Of a DNA stretch of 46,306 nucleotides, positions 12,757 through 23,133 are shown piece after piece. Source of the stretch: Octopus bimaculoides (lineage: Eukaryota). A program made the position numbers and the translations under genes. The stretch covers positions 177,533,667 through 177,579,972 of the forward strand of contig NC_068981.1 of assembly GCF_001194135.2 (NCBI RefSeq), read 5' to 3'. The notes beneath the pieces are model-generated. The model was not told where the DNA came from, searched no databases, and was given only the letters and a program-made list of their open reading frames with translations. Positions within the stretch are counted from its first letter, which is position 1. Each line of letters begins with the position of its first letter.

Positions 12757-13970
12757 AGTAAATATTTTCTAAAGCTGGAAAGAAGTGATAATTGAATAAT
12801 TTTAGTTATTCTAACATTTATAAAATAATCCTATTAAAAATAAATCATATGGGTTCCCAAGATTTGATATAAGTACTTGGTGTAGGTATTTGTTCTGCAG
12901 TTACCTTCATAAGACTATGATATGGATTGATATAAATTGACAATTCATTTTAGATGTAAGCTTCATTAGCCATCTTCCAGGGTCGATTAGTTTCACTCCC
13001 TTACACTTAGTTTTCTCCTTAAGATTTTATTTTTACCTTCTCAGCAAGTGACTAAACTTTTCACAAGTCAGTGATGTAAAAATAATACCTTCATGAATGA
13101 CTAAATCATACTTGTGTTTGTTATATTATCAATTACACCATAAAGAGTATTATTTTACAGATGATTTTATATAAATTATTCAGTTTTAAAAATATTTGAA
13201 ATCAAACTGCCAACTGTGATTACAAAGTCCGATTCCTAATTCAAAGAAAAATATAGTAAAGGATAATGTATGTAATGATGAACGTAAAAGAATTTTAATT
13301 GAAATTTCAAGAAAGAAACCAAAAATCTAGCAGTAATTGTTAGTGACTCTCAAAGAACAAGAAGACCACAAAAATATAAGTATGTGAATTAACATTCTTG
13401 TAAAATTAATAATTAATTTCTTGAAATTATTTCCCCTTGTTTTACATGTAACTAATAATTATTGCTAGAGTACTTTCTCTAGTTAAGAGGTAATTTTTTT
13501 TATATATTGAGAATTTTTTTCATACATCATTCAGAACATCATTTCTTGCCTGATCTGTCTAAAATTCATGCCATTGGCCTTCTTGAATTATCTCCTTTGG
13601 CTCATTCAATTCAATACAGTGTGGTCAAAGGTTACATAATAACCTCATACAGTCAGGTGAAGCTATGAACTTCACTATTTTTGTAATCTGTTTTTATTTG
13701 GACCAATATCTGTCATTATGGCAATATGTACAAGAATTAAAAAGGCTCTTTGCCTTAGCTCCTCTTGCTTTCTACAGTGACTTGTTGCTGTGTTGCTGCT
13801 CAAAGCACTGGCTGTTGTTTCACTCACATTTTAACTCACATAAGTAAATATTTTCTAAAGCTGGAAAGAAGTGATAATTGAATAATTTTAGCTATTTTAA
13901 CATTTATAAAATAATCCTATTAAAAATAAATTATATGGGTTCCTGAGATTTGATATAAGTACTTGGTGTA
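12757..13970. repeat. 128-bp direct duplication (12757-12884 and 13843-13970)
   Basis: The two copies align without gaps and differ at 5 positions by eye. Confidence 0.9.
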
Positions 13971-14809
13971 AACTGAAAAATCAACTGCTACATTTCTATT
14001 TCCATCAGGTTGCAAATATGTATGCTATTTTCCTTTCTGTTACTTCTGCCATATATGTGTGCATCAATGTGCAAAATGCAAAAGGAATAGTAATTCATGA
14101 ACAAATCTATAGTTTCCTACAATATATGAATCAACAATGAACAGTTATATATTTCCTGCAAAGACTTACATAAACCTTACTTTTATCATTATAATTTGAA
14201 ACTTATTTTTTCAGGTATGAACAACTGTCCACTTTCAAACCTGTACATCAGACCTTGGAAGAACTCATGCTGTTTAATTACCTTAAAATTATGGAAGAGT
14301 CTATCTTTCTAGTGGTATTTAGAAAATATAGGAAAACTCATACAACTTTATCATTATCTCTAAACATCCTTAAATTTTAATTACACATAGCAAACTAAAT
14401 TCTATGATCAGGCAAAACCCTACATGCTAAATCAAATTGCTCGGCATTTTGGATTTGATAAATACAAGTAATATAACAAGATAAAAAAATAAAATGTAAA
14501 AAGCAGATTCATTCTTGATATGAACTTTCTGGTCAGAATTTTGCTATATCAAAATAGATTGAGATTATTTGATCAGGTTAAAGAAAAAAGATAGAAAGTA
14601 TTAGTATTAAAAGAAATATTAGTTACAAAGAAGTATAAATACATATAAAAAAACTGGAAATAATAAAGTTGAGTATCGAAGAGAGGGAAGAAAGACATTA
14701 ACAGAAAGAAGTGGAATTCAAAGCTTAACTGCTTTTATTTTCTGTTAGAGCTGTTAAACCAATAATAATAATAAACTCTCACTTACTTGGTTTAATAGGT
14801 TCACAGTAA
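13665..14809 (+). other. Low-confidence spliced ORF model (13665/13778-13843, 14215-14314, 14391-14467, 14749-14809); a competing minus-strand reading exists
   Basis: Canonical AG/GT boundaries with matching phases give ...DLLLCCCSKHWLLFHSHFNSHK-YEQLSTFKPVHQTLEELMLFNYLKIMEESIFLV-QTKFYDQAKPYMLNQIARHFGFDKYK-AVKPII... No family recognised. Confidence 0.25.
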
Positions 14810-16530
14810 TATTCCTGAATTGTATATTATCCATTTGGTTAGTTGTTTCAAACCAACTGATCCAACAGATAGTAAAGAAAGCAGCAGCAACTGTTCCCAC
14901 TCCTGGACAATGTATGTAAATTTAGATTAAGATCATATCTATATAGCTCATTCAGCTTTCCTGAAGTTATCAGTCTTGTTTTTTCATCCATTATTAAATA
15001 CTGTTGAGTAATGATTACCTACAAATAAATTTACAGCAAAACTTTAAGAAGATAGACAAGAAATAATATTTCTCTAAAATGTTTTGTCTATCAACTGAAT
15101 GATAGAAAGAATAAAAACATTTCAAAATCAACAGAAACAAAATGAATTTCTCAAAAAAAAAAAATGTCAGTTATTTAGTTGAGTATGAATTTATGACATT
15201 GATAATTAGTAATACTCTAATACAGCCTTTCTATTTGACATAACACTATTCATTTCACCAGTTTTTTATGGCACTTTTTTCTTTAGAAGGGGCACTTACT
15301 GACAGACTAAAAACCAAAATCGTTTGTTATTTTACTATGTCTAAAAACAGTTCTTATTGTTAATTTTCTGAAAATATTATTTCAACCTTGAATGTGTTTT
15401 CTGTTTGCTTTGGAAGTAATACAGTCAGTTAATTATTATCAAACACTTATATAAAAATGCATCATATGATAGTTTACCTACCTTTTCAAGATATTTTCTA
15501 CCAAAATATGTGTTCCTGAAAAAGTGCCTGGGTTTTACAGGGTAATTTTGAAACACTTTTTCATTTCATCCACTCAACAATACTGACTAAACCAGTTGCA
15601 ACAATTAGGTTAAAATGATATACTGACTTATCAATCTCTTGTAATAAATTCTAAGAAAATGATACAACTATTCACCATCAGATTCTACTTTGCCATCCTT
15701 AAACGAATGAGGGAACCTCTGCATAATTGTTTGACCTGCAAAGAATAGCAGTCAAATCTCCATCATATAACACTCCAAAGAAAGACACAATGGATAATAA
15801 TGTAAACCTAGATACTCCTAAAAGACAGGTTAGTCATAACTGGAATGGTTTTTTTCATCATAGGTTTGCTTGATTAAGGTTGCTATCTGTTGCTTCTCAC
15901 ATATAATACTTAACTCTCTTAGAAAAGAAGAACAAATTGGATAATGCATTCCTATGTCCACACTCTACCCAGAAAAAAAAGACAGGATGGAACAATGAAA
16001 ATGTCTTGGATCACATGTATGCTTGATTAGTATTGACATGGGAACAAACAACTTTGCCTATCACCAATGCAAACACCAATAGTTCAGATATCAGAAACTT
16101 GATGCAGTGTACTCTAATTACCAGTCTGCACACTACAGGGTTGTGAAACATTAGCCTAGATGAGGCACATGTCAAAGTGCTCAGCTGACAACTTATCTAA
16201 GTTCTTCATGATCTGTCTTGTGAAAAGATTTTCTCCTCTATGTATTCCCAAAAGGCACTAAAATCCAGTAACTAATATTCTAATTACACGAATCTGAAAC
16301 TCATCTATTTATCGTGATATATAAATCAGCGAGAATTTGGAAATAAAAATGAGAATGGAGGAAAAAAAGGTGAGAAAATTTTTTTAAATGGAAGAAAGAG
16401 GTGATTAAGGAGGAAAGGGGGAGAGAAAGAAAGAAGTGATTAAGGAGGAAAGGGGGTGAGAAAGAAAGAGAGTAAAATGAATGGCAACGTAACGACACAA
16501 GCAAATATCAAAAGCAGACGATACATTGTA

Positions 16531-16555
16531 TCACGTGACCTCCCCCACTCCGGAA
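16531..16555. promoter_or_regulatory. E-box (TCACGTGAC, USF/TFEB-type) plus ETS-like CCGGAA in a CpG-retaining patch
   Basis: Motif match only. Confidence 0.3.
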
Positions 16556-16816
16556 AAAAAAAAAAACAGAAGCCAAAAAGAGAACCTTTACATAGTTGCT
16601 CGAATTGCTAGAAATAGATAGAATTGCTAGAAAAATTCACCTGATTGCAGCGGATGTGCCCTCTCGATTTTTATAAATATTAATTTAAGGCTTTAGAATA
16701 TCTTTTCTAATACTTGATCATCTGGAAAACTGTGTTATTCATAATTTTGATGGGTGCAATTTTGCTTAACACAATAAAGATTTGGTTTTCGATAGCTTTT
16801 TTTTTTAAATCTAAAT

Positions 16817-16885
16817 CAGTGGTTCTAAATAATTTTTTTGTCTATTATTCTTGTCGGTTATATGGACTCCAGTTGAGAACTACTG
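16817..16885. mobile_element. 69-bp hAT (Charlie-like) MITE
   Basis: TIRs CAGTGGTTCTAAA and GTTGAGAACTACTG. 8-bp TSD atctaaat / gtctaaat, the NTCTARAN pattern typical of Charlie-type hATs. Confidence 0.75.
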
Positions 16886-17273
16886 GTCTAAATGTTTAAC
16901 CTTAAAGCAGCTATCATTTCAGGAGCAGAATTTTTTAAATTTTATTTCTACTGTACTACAAAGTCAAAAAGATCGAGATCTATTACCTTACCATCTTGAA
17001 AAAGGAAGGATTTACAAAATAATATAGTCATAGATATACTATGAATAAAAAAAAAATACAGGGTGGCCTTGGCGAGAAAATCTTTGATCAAAGTTTGCTC
17101 AGTCAGAAATGATCGCAGCTAAATAACAAACGCTATTTAGTTTGTGGTAAATAGTTTCACTGTAATTCCATTGAATATTAAACACGTTTAAAGAAAATAT
17201 TTGAAAAGGAATAAAAAAAAATGATATTTGTTAATTAGTACAGGGGTGCACAGTAACGTCATAACTAGTTTAC

Positions 17274-17602
17274 ATTACAATTTTCTGCCTCAACTTTCCT
17301 ATGAACTCGTGGATTAAATTTCTGTAAATTAAGAAGTTGAATGAATTGTTGGCAATTTACAGCTAGATCGCTTTCCTTCAAGTTTATTCCCACATCGCAA
17401 ATAAGTAGTGCATATCGAACCAAAGTGTGAGTTTCTAAATGGTTAGTCGACCTACTAGAAATAGCAGTCACATTTCCCTCAAATAACACATACGGTAGAT
17501 TTTCATAGTTCGTCAATGAGGAATTAAGTTGTTCGATCAACTGAACAACTTGTTCCCGAATTAATGTGTAAGTGACCCGAGCATTCCAAAGACACGCGCA
17601 CT
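17274..17602 (-). CDS. Candidate internal coding exon, 109 open codons without ATG, helical-repeat-like composition
   Basis: CACLWNARVTYTLIREQVVQLIEQLNSSL...FIQLLNLQKFNPRVHRKVEAENCN. Donor AAT|GTAAAC, weak acceptor ttaag|. Could be a chance ORF. Confidence 0.3.
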
Positions 17603-17827
17603 CTTAATGTAATTCACAGACAGAATCAGCGTGACACCTTTTGCATTACAAGTACAATCCACCAGACGAGTCTTCCCCCATACGGTTTCTGTCTACCCAA
17701 TTTCAATCACAACCCAAAGCTTAAGAAAATTACATTTTCCTCATAGTCGTGATTGAGAAGTAAACTTTTTAACCATTTTACTATGCTGTGCCTACAAATT
17801 AGTCTTCAAAAGGGTAAAGTTATAAAT

Positions 17828-18135
17828 TAGTGGTTCTCAACCAGGGGCCATATGGTCCCTGGGAAGCCACACAGAAAACAGTAAAAAGGGCCCCTGAAAA
17901 AAATTTCTATTATATGTATTGGTAGGTATTGCAAGAAACAGCTAGGTTTCTTTCTCTGACATTTTACATAGTTCAGCCTACACAAGTTGATGTGCAAAAA
18001 AGAAAACAGAAATATTGGAAGAAGCTTCTATAAAGCTAAGCTAGTTTTTAAACATCGAATAGCTATGGTGGTCCACCAGAATAAAATAGTGATCAAAGGG
18101 GTCTATAGATGAAAAAAAATAGTTGAGAAACCCTG
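17828..18135. mobile_element. hAT (Charlie-like) MITE of about 308 bp
   Basis: TIRs (T)AGTGGTTCTCAACC and AGTTGAGAAACCCTG. Degenerate 8-bp TSD ttataaat / ctacagat. Confidence 0.72.
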
Positions 18136-18572
18136 CTACAGATAATGAGGATATCGCTCTCTTGACAAAAACGATTAAGGAGCTGGGCAAACACCATTCA
18201 AGGTGGTGTTGAGGAAGCTAAACAACCACTTATCGTAGGAAACAGAAGACGATAACTTCTCTTTATGGACGGCGATGACTTTCGAATTAGGGTTAATATC
18301 AGTTTCTTGCTGAATGACCATAGTATCAAGTAATTATAAACAGTCACAGTATAAAGTGTATTTAGGATGCTAAAGTACTTGTTTGCAAGCGGGGAGCAAG
18401 TCGAGTGTTTCAGAAAGGTATAATGACAAAATTTTCATTATTGTTGTAATTTCACGACGAAATTAATGTTAATATTTCATTTTATTTAGTACAACGGTTA
18501 ATGGGTCAAGATGTAAACATTAACCAGTACAACTTACGATTTTATCAAAAATAATGCAATATTTTCATTTTT

Positions 18573-18663
18573 GACGAAGATAAAGAATACGCACACCACC
18601 CGTTTTCGGCGTAACAAAAACCCTAACTCTAAACACCAGGTGTGCGTATTCTTTACCTTCGCC
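18573..18663. repeat. 25-bp inverted repeat (hairpin) with a 41-nt spacer
   Basis: gacgaagataaagaatacgcacacc (18573-18597) and ggtgtgcgtattctttaccttcgcc (18639-18663), two mismatches. Confidence 0.85.
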
Positions 18664-19218
18664 CAACTTTCAGTTTTTCCCAAAGTTTACACCTTAGTTG
18701 AGGTAGTGATTGAATTCCTGCGCTCCAACGCTAGATAATAAAGCCTAAACAGCCCTAAAAAGTGGGATTATCGTGGCTGAAAGGATTTGTTCAGAAGTCT
18801 GCACAATCAAAGCCGTCTAAACAACAAGCAGAACATATTTTTAACGCAGAGGAAGTACAGAAAATAAAGGAAGTCGCGAAGTTGTCAGTTGCTCGCAATG
18901 TGTGCTTTAGTGCGTGTAAAGAAAAACATAACACGTTGAATAGTAAATGGCATAATTAGTCTAGTACCCTAACCGATTCTGTTTCCTCATAACTTAATGC
19001 TTTTTTCTTTTTTTAATGAAGTTTTGTACAGATACGTTTCCGACGGTGTACATTATTATTGATGAATTAAAAAATTTTTTTTCTTTCCTTATTTTGAAAG
19101 AAATCGGCAACTTTTTAACTATTTAATAACTTGACTTGTACATGATCACTGCCCAACATAATATCAGTTAAGAGAAACGGGGTGCGTTGTCGAATAACTT
19201 CCAGAATACTTTCGATGT

Positions 19219-19511
19219 TGTTGTTGACACTCCGTTGCTTACGACGTGAAATTAACGTGCAAGTGGCTGAGCACTCCACAGACACGTGTACCCTTAACGT
19301 AGTTCTCGGGGATATTCAGCGTGACACAGTGTGACAAGGCTGACCCTTTGAATTACAGGCACAACAGAAACAGGAAGTAAGAGTGAAAGAGTACAGCAGG
19401 GTTCGCCACCATCCCCTCAATAAACACATACAACGCCCGGTCTGGGAATCGAAACCGCGATCCTATGACCACGAGTCCGCTGCCCTAACCACTGGGTCAT
19501 TGCGCCTCCAC
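19219..19511 (-). mobile_element. tRNA-derived SINE (family C), second copy with TSD
   Basis: Highly similar to 11664-12008. TSD tttcgatgt (19210-19218) / tctcgatgt (19512-19520). Confidence 0.9.
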
Positions 19512-19605
19512 TCTCGATGTATATAGTAGGCAAATAATAAACTCGGAAAACCCTTTCATTATGTCACCCAATTTAATGTTGATAATGCATATCATCAATT
19601 AGGAT

Positions 19606-20725
19606 CAGGGTTGCCACTCATCAAATAATATAAACACCCAGATTATTTGCTGCAAAAAACCCAGATCCTATTTTATAAACCCAGATGTTAGAAAATAGGT
19701 ATATAATTGGTAATTCAATGATAAAATATGTTATATGACAAAAGTAATACAGAATTTAATACTTACTTTATATCATACGGCAGCTAATTGTTAATTCCAT
19801 ACATATCCACATTATCTTCATTCACTCCTTCAATGGTGAAAGACTCATTTTCTTCTTTTTACTCGTATATCTACGATGACAAGACTCATCCACTTCATCT
19901 TTTAATAAGTTTAACGTTTGGCTCCCAAGAAATGCATGACGTTCCTTTTCTTGTAATTACTTGTTTAGCGAGTAGACGATCGGTGACCGTTTCGGCATTC
20001 AACATATTAGTGAACTTTGTCTTTGTGTAATTTACTTGGGAAAATATGCGCTCCACGCACGCTGATGAATGAGGTAACACCGTCAAATTAGTCATGAATT
20101 GTGACAGCCTCTCAAATTTAGTGTGGTGGAGCCCGTCTTTAAAATTGCGTATGGAATACCAGAATTCAAGGATGCTTTTTGAGGAAACAGGAATATCTTT
20201 ATATTGCCGAAATAATCTCCACTCATCGTCTAGTTCATTAAATATGTTTTCTGGTGCAATTGCCGGAAAGTTTGATGCCAAGGGAATTATCGACTGAGGA
20301 GAGTTAGTGAGATTGCGTGCTTCTTTTGGATCAAGTATTTCTAAGATGGTAAACACTCCAGCTTCATCGAGAGGAAAGCGCGTTTTTATTTGAGAGCATA
20401 ATTCTATTAAAAAATTTTTGCAATCAGTTTTGAATCTAGCTAAGCCACCAACGATGGGGTTTTGTTCCAGATATCTCATTGTACATCCATCGAAGTAAAC
20501 ATCACCCATATCTTTGTGATTTGTTGTGTTATTAAGATCAATATCTGATAATTTAGATACAGCTAAAACATTCTCTTTTATAAAGCAACTAACGATATTT
20601 TTAAGCTCAGCATCCTTCAACCACGACTTCTTGAAATTCTGGGTGTACCACTTCCTCTTTTTGGATGCCATTACTTCGCAAAGGGTTACAAAACAAAAAC
20701 ACACACTCAAAATGTTGTTAAACAA
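19606..20725 (-). mobile_element. Internally deleted hAT DNA transposon; only one TIR found
   Basis: TIR CAGGGTTGCCA at 19606 followed by three subterminal ACCCAGAT repeats, plus the transposase-derived ORF. Confidence 0.85.
19895..20671 (-). CDS. Intact 258-aa truncated hAT transposase: basic N-terminus fused in frame to the C-terminal and dimerisation region
   Basis: MASKKRKWYTQNFKKSWLKDAELK joins directly to NIVSCFIKEN... The C-terminal FWYS...LTVLPHSSACVERIFSQVNYTKTKFTNML matches the hAT dimerisation-domain motif (P.SSA..ER.FS). Confidence 0.8.
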   Translation of the reverse strand: MASKKRKWYTQNFKKSWLKDAELKNIVSCFIKENVLAVSKLSDIDLNNTTNHKDMGDVYFDGCTMRYLEQNPIVGGLARFKTDCKNFLIELCSQIKTRFPLDEAGVFTILEILDPKEARNLTNSPQSIIPLASNFPAIAPENIFNELDDEWRLFRQYKDIPVSSKSILEFWYSIRNFKDGLHHTKFERLSQFMTNLTVLPHSSACVERIFSQVNYTKTKFTNMLNAETVTDRLLAKQVITRKGTSCISWEPNVKLIKR

Positions 20726-20994
20726 ATTTTAAATCGCGAGTAACAATCGAAGCGAACGCAGTCAAGCTGTCGTCAACTGGCGGTGTCAGAGTTATAGACA
20801 AGTAAGTGTACAAGCGGGCCACCAACTTTGTAGTTGCCCGGTATGATACAAGTATAAACAAATAAAGAACGCATACGATCGGTAATTACGTCACATACAA
20901 TATTTGTATCGATAAATTCATTACGTGAGATGATTATGGATGATATATAGAAAGTTTACGAAGTATTAGAAGAGGTGCAACTTTGGTACACCCG

Positions 20995-21435
20995 GTCAGG
21001 GTACTTGATTCCACGCAAAAAAATCCGAGGATTTTTTTTTTTTTTTACTTAGTGAAAATCGTGTGGGTATTACACAAAAATTTACTGNNNNNNNNNNNNN
21101 NNNNNNNNNNNNNNNNNNNNNNNNNNNNNNNNNNNNNNNNNNNNNNNNNNNNNNNNNNNNNNNNNNNNNNNNNNNNNNNNNNNNNNNNNNNNNNNNNNNN
21201 NNNNNNNCATATTAGGAGGTCACAGGAATTCATTCAACGAAAAAAAAAAAAAAATCCAATGATTCCGGGACGGGGTGGGGTCCCCCCCCCTCGCCCCCTC
21301 CTTTTTCCGAACCAGAATAAGGGATTTACAACATATTAGGAGGTCAGGGTACTTGATTCCACGCAAAAAAATCCGAGGATTTTTTTTTTTTTTTACTTAG
21401 TGAAAATCGTGTGGGTATTACACAAAAATTTACTG
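20995..21435. other. Assembly gap (N120) with duplicated flanks, likely a scaffolding artefact
   Basis: 20995-21087 recurs at about 21343-21435, catattaggaggtca occurs twice, and a low-quality G/C-run segment lies between. Confidence 0.8.
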
Positions 21436-22910
21436 AAATTATTACAAGTATTGCATCATCATTTTGTACTTCTGCATCATCTTTAGGAGTAAAAATTGGT
21501 CAGCATAATTGTTGAAGTTGATAGAGTTTGGAACATAATCAGGTGACAGGTACATTTTTTTTTTTCAAGAAATTTTTCTTCAACTTGTAATTGAGGTTGC
21601 TAATAAATCTGGAGAATTTTTGGTGTTTAACATTCGATATTGTTTCCTCCGTTGGATTCCAAGTCAATTTTTTCCCCGCACTAATGATAATTTTCAATGT
21701 TCAAAAAACGATGTCTAAAATGAGGCAAAATCAACCATAACTAATTTCAATAATTTCTTCTTTAACTGCATGATGTAACAGGAAGAGATCCACTCCAGTA
21801 GATTGTGAACAAACAATAGAGGATGTTTTATGTTGAGTTTTTTTTTTTTTATTATTTAGTCAAGTTTCGTTAATTTCATCATGTGCCATTTTTCCCTAAC
21901 CCTCTTTTATTTTACCTAAAATTTTTGTTGCATTTCTGATGTCAAAGAATGGATATTGACGTGTATGCATCTGTTTTCAAATGCGATTCTGGAGAAATAA
22001 AGAGGCAAATTTACCTTATCTTGGCTGACTCATTTTGCCCCAGTTAAATGTGTCTTTTACATGCTCAAAGAGAACGGAGATAATTTTCTGAAATATCATT
22101 CAGATTATGTTATAATGTGAGCATTGCATTTAGTGAAGATCATTTGCTTAGCTGATATAGGTTTTTTTCTTTAAAGTAGTGTACATTTGTAAAAACTATA
22201 TTTCTTCTCTGAGTAAAAAAAAAATGCAGTAAAAACTCCTCGTTGTGCCCCACCCTTCATCCCTATCAAGGAGACAACAGAAGTAAAACGTTCCACGGAT
22301 TAAACTTAACATTTTAATATCCAAACACTGACCCAATAAATTATCATAAAAATATGGATTTAATGTAAGAGGGGCTATTATTGTTTTACTTGTCCCAACA
22401 TGTCCTTTGATATTATGCTCCTCGACACATATGTAAGATGCACATTTCCATTAAATATTATCAATAGGAGCGGTCTTCGCTTTATTTGCAGGATTTAATC
22501 ATTGATACTCACTAATTACAGGCTTATCCCTCAATCAACAATATACCGAATCTCATAATGATGCACTGACTGCCATCAAGACAAAATATAGACTGTTTCA
22601 CGAATTGAATATCGTCCTTCTTCAAGAACCAAGTTCACCATTGCATGGTTTCAATGTTAGAGTATCGCTGAAGCAAGTTATTAACATAATTCAGTGAGCA
22701 TCATTTCAATGATTTACGTATCTACTGTCTTGACAACAGAGTAGGAAAAAAAACTTAACTTGAACTTAATGCAATAAGCGTGTCTCAACAATTTACCTAA
22801 ATAACGTAGAAATATTGCATAAATTCACATAAGATCTGTTTCTTTTAGTGGGTATTTATTTTATACGTCAAGTATTTTAGATGTTTAAATAGATTGTGAT
22901 TCTTACTTAC

Positions 22911-22962
22911 CCCAGACACAGAAATGGAAACTGTGCGGAAGACCGTTAGGTGGCACATTCAT
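22911..22962 (-). CDS. Candidate first coding exon (MNVPPNGLPHSFHFCVW + phase-1 G)
   Basis: A at -3 of the ATG, 17 open codons, perfect donor G|GTAAGT, CpG-rich patch. Confidence 0.35.
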
Positions 22963-23085
22963 ACTGTCTAGCTAACAGACAATCCGATTTTCGGTTTAAC
23001 ACCACTGCTACAAAATGTTTGTGTGCCTTTTATTTTTCTGGAGGTTAGTTGTTTTTCTAAAAAAATTTTAGCCAGCAAGAAGGCA

Positions 23086-23133
23086 ATGTCCATAACCTTT
23101 AACAGGGCCTCCGAGGATGGTAGAAGAAAGCAG
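23086..23133 (+). CDS. Candidate first coding exon (MSITFNRASEDGRRKQ, phase 0) of a plus-strand gene
   Basis: gcaATG start, 16 open codons, strong donor CAG|GTAAGG, CpG-rich intron start. No downstream exons identified. Confidence 0.45.

Noticed and set aside
15660-16020. Plus-strand exon-like pieces (SPSYNTPKK...TPKRQ|gt)
   Set aside because: Plausible donors, but upstream stops and ambiguous downstream phase. Cannot be distinguished from chance in AT-rich DNA.
14181-17602. Naming the exon-like blocks as HEATR6, MEI1 or TERB1
   Set aside because: Only short resemblances from memory, with inconsistent spacing. An actual alignment is needed.
21208-21346. attaggag as the matching TSD for the hAT end at 19606 (attaggat)
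   Set aside because: Not preceded by a TGGCAACCCTG TIR, and it lies in artefact-prone sequence next to a gap.
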